Positions 56,935 to 64,000 of a stretch of DNA of 64,000 nt are shown one piece after another. Source of the DNA: an uncultured delta proteobacterium (GTDB lineage Bacteria; Desulfobacterota; Binatia; UBA9968); the NCBI GenBank assembly GCA_963771465.1, contig CAVYTU010000014.1:736001-800000 (forward strand), written 5' to 3'. Position 1 is the first letter of the stretch; the number at the start of each line of letters is the position of its first letter. The notes under the pieces are model-generated. The model saw nothing but the letters and a program-made list of their open reading frames with translations, had not been told where the DNA came from and ran no database searches. The translations under genes and the position numbers were made by a program.

Positions 56935-57930
56935 TTAGGCGCGAACCGCGGGCAGAACTTCCTGGCCCAACAGGTCGATCTGCTGATACCAATCGGCGTA
57001 GCGGAAGCGCAGGTCGAAAACGATATGATTGAGGCCGGCCTCTTCGTAGCGTTTGGTATCGCGAGCGATATCCGCCGGAGTCCCAGCCATTAGCAGGCCT
57101 TCGATGTCCGCAACCGTGGAGAAGGTACCGGACGCCGGTCTCACCCAAGTTTTTTTAGCAGGCGTGTTGCCCTCGTTGATCAGACCCTTGACGTTAACCT
57201 TGCTTAGCGCGACGTCTCGGTTCTTGTCGATGCTGGTGATGGGGATTGCCCCCGTGGTGACCATCGGGCGTCCTGCGAGTTTGCACTGCTCTTCAAGATA
57301 TTTGACCATTTTATTAAACGTCGCCGTGGGAATACGTCCAGGCATCCAGCCGTCGCAGTAATCCGCCGCGCGGCGGCAGGAAGCCGGTGTGCCGCCGCCG
57401 TACCAAATCGGAATCGGTTTTTTCGGCGTCGGTTTGAGCTCAACGTCTTTGAAATCGTAATAATCGTCCTTGTAACTGATCTTTTCACCGGCCCAGAAGC
57501 GGCGGCAAAGCTGGGCGTTCACCTTCGCGATGTTGGCGCGATCTTGTAATGTCGTCTTGGTATGACCCGCCGCTTCGAATTCATGGGGAAAGGTACCCAG
57601 GCCCAAACCCATGATGATGTTTTCGCACATGGTGCTCAGGCCGGCCATGGACTGCGCCAAATGAATCGGATGGCGATGGGAGATCATGGTGCCGGTGCCG
57701 AGAGTGAGTTTCTTGCACACCGACGATATCGCCGCGAGGATCAGCAAGCCCTCGATGTGGGTGTTGTCTTCGCCTTCCATGCCATGGGGTTCGAAAACCA
57801 AATGATCGCGGACCCAGACTGAATCAAAGCCGTAAGCCTCGGCTTTTTTCGAGCCCTCGACACAGAGTTCGGTCGAACCGTACTCGCAAAAATGTGGCAA
57901 AAGTAGCCCGAATTTTAACTTCGTCGCCAT
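56935..57930 (-). CDS. LLM-class flavin/F420-dependent oxidoreductase
   Basis: GFDSVWVRDH, KPTPKKPIPIWYGG, CDGWMP; AAGGAG RBS. Confidence 0.9.
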   Translation of the reverse strand: MATKLKFGLLLPHFCEYGSTELCVEGSKKAEAYGFDSVWVRDHLVFEPHGMEGEDNTHIEGLLILAAISSVCKKLTLGTGTMISHRHPIHLAQSMAGLSTMCENIIMGLGLGTFPHEFEAAGHTKTTLQDRANIAKVNAQLCRRFWAGEKISYKDDYYDFKDVELKPTPKKPIPIWYGGGTPASCRRAADYCDGWMPGRIPTATFNKMVKYLEEQCKLAGRPMVTTGAIPITSIDKNRDVALSKVNVKGLINEGNTPAKKTWVRPASGTFSTVADIEGLLMAGTPADIARDTKRYEEAGLNHIVFDLRFRYADWYQQIDLLGQEVLPAVRA

Positions 57931-58184
57931 CGCTCTTCTCCTTACAGTATTTTTTGATTTTTAGATTGAGAAAATTTCTTATCACCTCTGTTCGTTAATG
58001 TCCACGCGGCTTTGGGGGCGAAATGCAGAACATTGGGCAATGATGGGCCGGTTCTTTAACACAGCCACTCCGGACGATTTCATGCAGCGGATCGCAATTG
58101 GTAACACTGTCGGTCCGATCTGATTTGACAGCGATTCGATCCAGGCAGTAACGTCGGTGCACAAAGCGTAGGAGGTACTTTGCC

Positions 58185-59237
58185 ATGGCCGGACCACAGA
58201 AAGAATTTGAAGTTCATCCCTATGTCCAGTTCATGATGGATAGATACAATCCCTATAAAAAATGGATTCAGTCCGAAGGGGTGCCGATCGTCAGCGGCGA
58301 GTTCGTCCAGGACGTGCGCACTCATAAGCTTGGCTACTGGGAGAGGAAAGGCTGTAGAGGAGCGATCTGCACATTTTCTGATCAGATGGTTGCCGACGGT
58401 TACATCGCCGAGATCGATCCCGGCAAACAGACAAAACCGCAGCGCCAGCTCTACGAAGAAATCGTCACCGTCGCCGCGGGCCGGGGCGCCACTTCGGTGT
58501 GGTATGACGGAACGGCGAAGCGCACATTCGAGTGGGAACGCGGCAGCACCTTCGCAATTCCTTTGAACGCGTGGCACCAGCATTTTAACGCTAGCGGTAG
58601 CGAGCCGATGCGCTACTTCGCGCTCACTAGCCAGCCCATCGCCTTCGAGCTCTACCGCGATGCGGAATTTATCTACAACACCAACTACCAGTTTAAAGAC
58701 CGCTTCGATCCCGGCGACGCCGAGTTTTTTTCCAAGGAGGGAAAGTATTTCACTGATTACTACGGTGGAATTCTGCACTCGAATTTCATCCCAGACATCC
58801 GCAAAATAAATTTGGTCGCGCGTGAAAAGCGCGGCAAGGGCACGCGCAACATGTACATTCACATGTCCGGCGGCTCGATGCTCGCGCATGTCTCGGAGTT
58901 TCCCGTCGGCCGCTACAAGAAGGCGCATCGCCATGGCCCGGGCGCGCATGTGTTCCTGCTCGACTCCACCGGCTACACGTTGATGTGGCAGGAGGGCGAA
59001 AAGCCAAAACGCTATGATTGGCATGAGGGCACGGTGATTTCCCCGCCGGCGGGCAGCTGGCACCAGCACTACAACACCGGCAACCGCCCGTGCAAATTCG
59101 TCGCGCTCCACGCCAACACGGCGGTGCAAGGCGAAGAGCGCGGAGTCGAGCAGATTGAATTCGAAGAAGGCGATGAATGGATGCGCAAATTGTTTGCCGA
59201 GGAATGCGCAAAGAACCGCGTCGAGGTCGCTATGTAG
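58185..59237 (+). CDS. Bicupin protein (gentisate-dioxygenase-like / EutQ-like fold)
   Basis: Two cupin repeats: PLNAWHQHFN and KAHRHGPGAH...WHQHYN; AGGAGG RBS. Confidence 0.82.
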   Translation: MAGPQKEFEVHPYVQFMMDRYNPYKKWIQSEGVPIVSGEFVQDVRTHKLGYWERKGCRGAICTFSDQMVADGYIAEIDPGKQTKPQRQLYEEIVTVAAGRGATSVWYDGTAKRTFEWERGSTFAIPLNAWHQHFNASGSEPMRYFALTSQPIAFELYRDAEFIYNTNYQFKDRFDPGDAEFFSKEGKYFTDYYGGILHSNFIPDIRKINLVAREKRGKGTRNMYIHMSGGSMLAHVSEFPVGRYKKAHRHGPGAHVFLLDSTGYTLMWQEGEKPKRYDWHEGTVISPPAGSWHQHYNTGNRPCKFVALHANTAVQGEERGVEQIEFEEGDEWMRKLFAEECAKNRVEVAM

Positions 59238-59369
59238 GCGGGCTCAACGCCAGAATTCAAATTTCAAACGGACGCGCGATCGCTGGCGGTCTGGCAATTT
59301 TACGCGGAGCGGTTGGATCCGGCGCCGGCATGAAGTCTTCTAAGCGGCTCAACCGATACGGGTATTTAT

Positions 59370-60365
59370 TCAATACGACAATCGCGTGCCGACGCTTTCG
59401 TCCAGCGCACGCCGGTAAATGTGATGTGCCATGGCGATATCCTGATTCACTAAGCCGATGGCGCGGATGAAGATGCGCTCGCGGTCGGATTGGCGCGCGG
59501 GCTTTTTGCCGGCGAGTAGTTCGGGAAGTTCGGCGTAGAGATCTTTTTCGCTCAAATAGTTTTCTTTGAGCATGCGCTGCATATCGGATTTGTTTTTGCA
59601 GTGGAGCCAGCTGTCGACGACGAATTTGTCGGCGTTCTTGTAAACCTCGCTCTCCACCTCTTGGTTCTTTCCGATGGAATAGACGGTGATGCCTGCGCCG
59701 AGCCAGCTATCTTTCACGAATGGCGTCGATGTGGTGGTTGCCGAGATCACGACATCCGCTCCCTTGAGCGCTGCTTCTGTCGATTCAACCGCAACCACGT
59801 TCAGTCCATATTCCTTGCCGATTTCCCTGGCGTAATTCTGTCGCGACTCCGGCGTGCGCGAGGTGACGCGGATTTCTTTCAACGCGAATGCTTGCGCCAT
59901 CACCGGCACGGCGGCGCGGGCGGTGTCGCCGGCGCCGAGCATCGCCATGGTGCTTGCGCCTTTGCGCGCGAGCACGCGCATGGCGACTGTCGCCGCGGCC
60001 GCGGTGCGCACGGCGTGGCACCAGTCTTCGTCCATAATGCAGAGAATCTCGCCGCCTTCGCGGTCGCTGAGGATCAATATTCTTCTTGGCCCACGCGGCG
60101 GCCTAGCAGCATCGCGGCTGCCACCGGCGGCTTTGATCGAGCGAATGCGAAAGCCGGCGACCGGTTCGGTCGCGAGCGCACAGCCGGTCACCCATGACTG
60201 CCAGCCTTGCTTCGGTTTGATCGCCAGATCTTCCGGGGTCGACCAGATGACTCGCCCTTCGCTGTGATCGCGCAAAGCTTGCTCGGTAATCTCGATGGCG
60301 CGGCCGAGGTCGAGGACTTTTTTGACGTCGCCGTTGGATAAGTAAAGGATACCGTCGGCGTCCAT
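59370..60365 (-). CDS. Ornithine cyclodeaminase/mu-crystallin family protein
   Basis: VRTAAA, LGAGDTA, ADVVISATT, GLVNQDIA. Confidence 0.88.
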   Translation of the reverse strand: MDADGILYLSNGDVKKVLDLGRAIEITEQALRDHSEGRVIWSTPEDLAIKPKQGWQSWVTGCALATEPVAGFRIRSIKAAGGSRDAARPPRGPRRILILSDREGGEILCIMDEDWCHAVRTAAAATVAMRVLARKGASTMAMLGAGDTARAAVPVMAQAFALKEIRVTSRTPESRQNYAREIGKEYGLNVVAVESTEAALKGADVVISATTTSTPFVKDSWLGAGITVYSIGKNQEVESEVYKNADKFVVDSWLHCKNKSDMQRMLKENYLSEKDLYAELPELLAGKKPARQSDRERIFIRAIGLVNQDIAMAHHIYRRALDESVGTRLSY

Positions 60366-60367
60366 GG

Positions 60368-61504
60368 TTATTGAACTGTGCTGAGATTGCGGCAGCCAGT
60401 GGTCAAAAACTCCGGACCCTTTTCGGTGATCAAAATATCTTCTTCCAAATGCACCGCGCTTTTTTCCGAGCGCACTTTCGGTTCCAGCGCGAGCACCATG
60501 CCGGGACGGTAGATTTCGCTTTCCACTTCGTTTAGCGACGGCGGTTCGGCTCTCGACATGCCGATGCCATGGCCGATGCGTTTGGGACTGTCGACGGCTT
60601 GGTAGCCGCGCTTGACCAGCTCACGGTTGGCGACGCGGGAGATTTCCGCGAGTGGCGTGCCCGGCTGCATCGACTCGAAACAGAGTTGGATGACATCGCA
60701 AGCGGTTTGATGGTCCTTTTTGTGTTCGTCCGTCGGCGTGCCGAAGATCGTCATGCGCGTGACATCGCCATAGTAACCCTCATAGCAGGCGCCGAAGTCG
60801 GCAATCATGCGGTCGCCTTTGTTGTAGACCCGGTCGTCGTAGCGAGTCGATGAATTCAGCATTAAAAAACCTGGATGGCGCGGATGGGCGCCTGCTTCGA
60901 TCATCGAGATATAGAGCCGATCCGCGACTTCGCGCCGGGTCATGCCGGGCTTTAGCTGCGGCAAGCAGCGGTCGTAGGCTTTGACCGAGATAGCGCACGC
61001 TTTGCGCATGAATTCGATTTCGCGCGAGCTCTTAATGATGCGCATCTCCGTCAGCGCGGCGGTGCCGTCTTTGATCTGTGCTTTCGGCAGCGCTTCGGTC
61101 AGACCGGAGAGATAGTTCACCGGAATCCCCAAACGTTGATCATCGCCGAGCTCGAAGCCAAGTTTCGCCTCGCCGAGGCCGATTTCCTTTAAACTCTCGG
61201 CGATCATCTCTTGGGGAAAAGGCACGTCGGTGTAAGCACGTACCTCGCCGACCCACGGCAACGCTTTCGCTTTCGCCTTGTCATTGCCGTAGACGAGGAG
61301 TAGAGGCTTGCCGGATTTCGGTAGGACGCAAATCTGCGGGCGCTGGATATGATCCAACTGATAGCTGATCAGACCGCTGAAGTACCAATAATTATTCTTA
61401 TCCGAGACGACCAACGCGTCGAGGCCGTCGCGAGCCATCAGGGTTTGGGCGCGCCCATAACGATCGAGATATTCTTGCTCGTCAAACGGAGATTCAGTAG
61501 CCAT
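60368..61504 (-). CDS. M24 (Xaa-Pro peptidase/EutD-like) metallohydrolase
   Basis: Creatinase-N domain; intact ligands ADFG..YYGD, GHGIG, LEP, LEED. Confidence 0.9.
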   Translation of the reverse strand: MATESPFDEQEYLDRYGRAQTLMARDGLDALVVSDKNNYWYFSGLISYQLDHIQRPQICVLPKSGKPLLLVYGNDKAKAKALPWVGEVRAYTDVPFPQEMIAESLKEIGLGEAKLGFELGDDQRLGIPVNYLSGLTEALPKAQIKDGTAALTEMRIIKSSREIEFMRKACAISVKAYDRCLPQLKPGMTRREVADRLYISMIEAGAHPRHPGFLMLNSSTRYDDRVYNKGDRMIADFGACYEGYYGDVTRMTIFGTPTDEHKKDHQTACDVIQLCFESMQPGTPLAEISRVANRELVKRGYQAVDSPKRIGHGIGMSRAEPPSLNEVESEIYRPGMVLALEPKVRSEKSAVHLEEDILITEKGPEFLTTGCRNLSTVQ

Positions 61505-61569
61505 GCTCAATTCTCCCGGAATGTTTTTTCCACTACCACGGTCAACTATCGTCGGCTTCCAAAACCACA

Positions 61570-62277
61570 CTAACTCGCGAATGCTTTTCTACCTTCCATC
61601 GGTTTTATCTTACCGACGTATTCGAGGGCTTCGCTCAACTGAATAACGCTGGCGTACTTGGCGTTCATTTCAAAGAGATTGACCAGGTGCGATGTTCGTG
61701 AGCGGTCAAAGATGCATTCTTCCACGGGAAAGACGGGATAGCCGAACGAGTAGCCGTCGAGCACGGTGCCGCGCACGCAGCCGCAGGTGCTGGTGCCGGC
61801 GATGAGCAGGCAGTCGATGTTTTTGCGCACGAGATAAGTGATTAAATGGGTGCCGAAGAAGGCGCTGGCTCTCGCCTTGCGGACGATGAACTCGTCGTCG
61901 TTGGGTTTGATCATCGCGGGAAATTCGACGGCGAGCTTTTCGAAGTCGGTTTTATCGACGCTGCGTTTGGTGGCATTGCCGAAGGCGGCTTTGAAGTCGG
62001 GGTCGCTGGTGGAATAAATCACTGGAATCGCCGCGTCGCGGCAAGCGTGCAGCAATGCTTTAATCTTCGGCAGCGCGTCCCAGGCAACCTGGCCGCAGCT
62101 GGTGGGAAATTCATCGATCGCTTCCATCACCGGCATCGGCTTGGTGCCGGTGAAACCGGTGATAACATCGATGATGATCAGCGCCGGATTGACGCCAAAC
62201 TTTTCTTTGCCTTTATAGCCGGCCTTCTCGTAGATTTTTCTTTCCTCTTCTGGAACGAACGCTTCCCATTCGCGCAT
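61570..62277 (-). CDS. Isochorismatase-family cysteine amidohydrolase (NicF / N-carbamoylsarcosine amidase-like)
   Basis: Asp-Lys-Cys triad: IIDV, RKARASAFFGT, GTSTCGCVRGT; AGGAG RBS before ATG 62277. Confidence 0.88.
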   Translation of the reverse strand: MREWEAFVPEEERKIYEKAGYKGKEKFGVNPALIIIDVITGFTGTKPMPVMEAIDEFPTSCGQVAWDALPKIKALLHACRDAAIPVIYSTSDPDFKAAFGNATKRSVDKTDFEKLAVEFPAMIKPNDDEFIVRKARASAFFGTHLITYLVRKNIDCLLIAGTSTCGCVRGTVLDGYSFGYPVFPVEECIFDRSRTSHLVNLFEMNAKYASVIQLSEALEYVGKIKPMEGRKAFAS

Positions 62278-62361
62278 GATCGCTTCTCCTATGAATCGGT
62301 AAGGGGTAAAGCGTCCGATCAGTAACCCGACCACTGACCATCAACACTTTACGGTTTTGTG

Positions 62362-63429
62362 TTACGGCGAGAACAATTTATCGCCGCGCTTAGTCATGAA
62401 CAAGTCGAGCGGCAGTTCCGCGCCAATGCCTTTTTCTTTGGCTTTCTCGTACATCTTTCTCGCCGTGGCGGCGAATTGGATGCCCATGCCGGTGTTGTTT
62501 TTGAAGAAGGTGATTTCGCGGTCGTCTTGGCGTGCGCGACATTCGCCGTTGAGCAATTCGCCTAGCTCGTGCAGATCTTCGGCTTTGACTATGCCACGTT
62601 GGAGGCGGTCGTGAAATTCCGCCTGTTTGTCGAGAAAGATTTGCGGCTTGTAACCGACGACGATGAGGTTGGCCTTGATCACCGCGTCGTCGTCCAGCTC
62701 TTTGCGCGGCAGGAAACCGTCGCCGCCGACAATACTATTCAAATGCATGCCGGGTTCAACCCATTTGCCTTGAATGACCGGATCGACGGTGTTGGTTGCC
62801 GCGGTGACGATGTCGCTGCCGCGGACCGCTTCTTCAGCTGAGCTCACCGGCACGATTTCGATGCCGGTTTGCGCGCTCATCTCTTTGGCGAATCTTTCGC
62901 GGTTGGCTTTAGTCGGGCTGAAGACTTTGACTTTGGACAGCTGGCGCACGCAGGCGTGTGCGGTCACTTGGGTTTTGGCCTGCTCACCGGCGCCGAGGAG
63001 CGCCATGACTTTGGCGTCTTGGCGCGCGAGATATTTGCTGGCCACCGCGCTGGTGGCGCCGACGCGCATGGTCGAGATGAAGTGATCGTCCATGATCGCG
63101 AGAATGTTACAGGTATCCATATCGAAGAGCATGACCAGACCGATGAAATCACCGGGATAAACGCGCCGTTTACTGCCGTCGACCTGGATTTCCTTTGAAA
63201 AACTCGAATCAATGCGTAGCGCCATCGACTTCATGCCCGGCACTAGTCCCATAATGTTGTTAAAATAGTATTGGCCGCCCTCTTCCTTCCACGGCGTACG
63301 CAACCGCGCGCGCGGCGCGTTCATTGCCTTACCCTGACCGAGTTCGAGAAAGGCGTGCTCGATGGCTTCGATTTCCTCAGACATAGGCAGCAAGTTTTCC
63401 ATCTGGTCGTTCTTGAGAACAAGCACCAT
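62362..63429 (-). CDS. Ornithine cyclodeaminase/mu-crystallin family protein
   Basis: MRVGATSA, LGAGEQA, SDIVTAATN, PGMHLNSI, GMGIQF. Confidence 0.88.
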   Translation of the reverse strand: MVLVLKNDQMENLLPMSEEIEAIEHAFLELGQGKAMNAPRARLRTPWKEEGGQYYFNNIMGLVPGMKSMALRIDSSFSKEIQVDGSKRRVYPGDFIGLVMLFDMDTCNILAIMDDHFISTMRVGATSAVASKYLARQDAKVMALLGAGEQAKTQVTAHACVRQLSKVKVFSPTKANRERFAKEMSAQTGIEIVPVSSAEEAVRGSDIVTAATNTVDPVIQGKWVEPGMHLNSIVGGDGFLPRKELDDDAVIKANLIVVGYKPQIFLDKQAEFHDRLQRGIVKAEDLHELGELLNGECRARQDDREITFFKNNTGMGIQFAATARKMYEKAKEKGIGAELPLDLFMTKRGDKLFSP

Positions 63430-63639
63430 CGCGTGACTCCTTAAGCGGTTTCGACAGCGTGAAGTTTAAGTCTGCGTATACCAAAGGCGAGCGACGAGTC
63501 AAGCGAAGTGTACCGTTGTTACTGGGTAGACGAAACAACAACATCGGCGCGAATCGGCTCGTAATCTTACCGAAAGCGCTTTCGTCGTTTGCCAGTCAGC
63601 GCGGAGCTTGTATACGATCACGGTGTAAAGGAGTCTGAT

Positions 63640-64000
63640 ATGAAAAAAACTCTTAGGGTCGCTTGTATTTCGCTGGCGATTTTTTTCACCATCGCTTATG
63701 CCGTCACGCCGGCGTTGGCGGTTTCATTGGCCGAGTGCATCACCAATAGCCAGGATGCCAACAACATCATTCGATCGGCGCCCTGTGGAATCTACGGCAT
63801 CGTCAACTCGCGCCAACGCAATAATTCCACTGGGACGACGCTCGATATTACCGTGGAATATATGGTGCATCTTCCATTAGGAGCGCCAAAAGCTACCGTG
63901 GTGCTTTTCGCTGGCGGTAACGGCGATACCGGCATCGCGGGCAACGACGCCGCTGGCGCAGTGACAAACGCGGGCAATAACTTTCTTGTCCGCAGTGCTC
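63640..64000 (+). CDS. Exported alpha/beta-hydrolase-like protein (partial, runs off the window end)
   Basis: AAGGAG RBS, ATG 63640, signal peptide MKKTLRVACISLAIFFTIAYAVTPALA, later KATVVLFAGGNG...GNNFLVRSA. No stop before the end, so absent from the ORF track. Confidence 0.65.
   Translation, partial: MKKTLRVACISLAIFFTIAYAVTPALAVSLAECITNSQDANNIIRSAPCGIYGIVNSRQRNNSTGTTLDITVEYMVHLPLGAPKATVVLFAGGNGDTGIAGNDAAGAVTNAGNNFLVRSA

Noticed and set aside
58075-58095. IclR-like operator (ATTTCATgcaGCGGAT) in the LLM/bicupin divergent region
   Set aside because: Imperfect single site and no regulator gene in the window.

Overview
Gene-dense, GC-rich (roughly 55-60% by eye) bacterial chromosomal window. 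I found no rRNA, tRNA, CRISPR array, transposase or phage genes. The many NMT1/SsuA-type and Bug/TctC solute-binding proteins, LLM oxidoreductases and VOC proteins, plus a deltaproteobacterial-style nuo operon, suggest a soil Deltaproteobacteria-like organism such as Candidatus Binatia (inference). Main blocks: (i) uppP, a DedA protein and a dlt-like envelope acylation cluster (adenylation enzyme, ACP, MBOAT, LtaS-like sulfatase); (ii) a putative biosynthetic operon (B12 radical SAM, SDR, FAD oxidase, heme-oxygenase-like diiron enzyme, methyltransferase); (iii) VOC, cupin, TcuA-like and TctC catabolic genes; (iv) a complex I operon nuoA-C-D-E-F-G-H-J-K-L-M-N that cleanly lacks nuoB and nuoI and is preceded by a terminator-like leader hairpin; (v) a Mo-hydroxylase, LLM, hydrolase, OCD and amidase catabolic region. 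The most striking non-coding signal is a family of at least 11 intergenic elements built from 7-, 8- or 9-bp tandem units, mostly arranged as inverted arms. Ten of the 11 carry a TCCGR/YCGGA motif in the core or just beside an arm. Four genes carry apparent single indels, possibly assembly errors. All calls come from reading the sequence and translations by eye, with no database searches.
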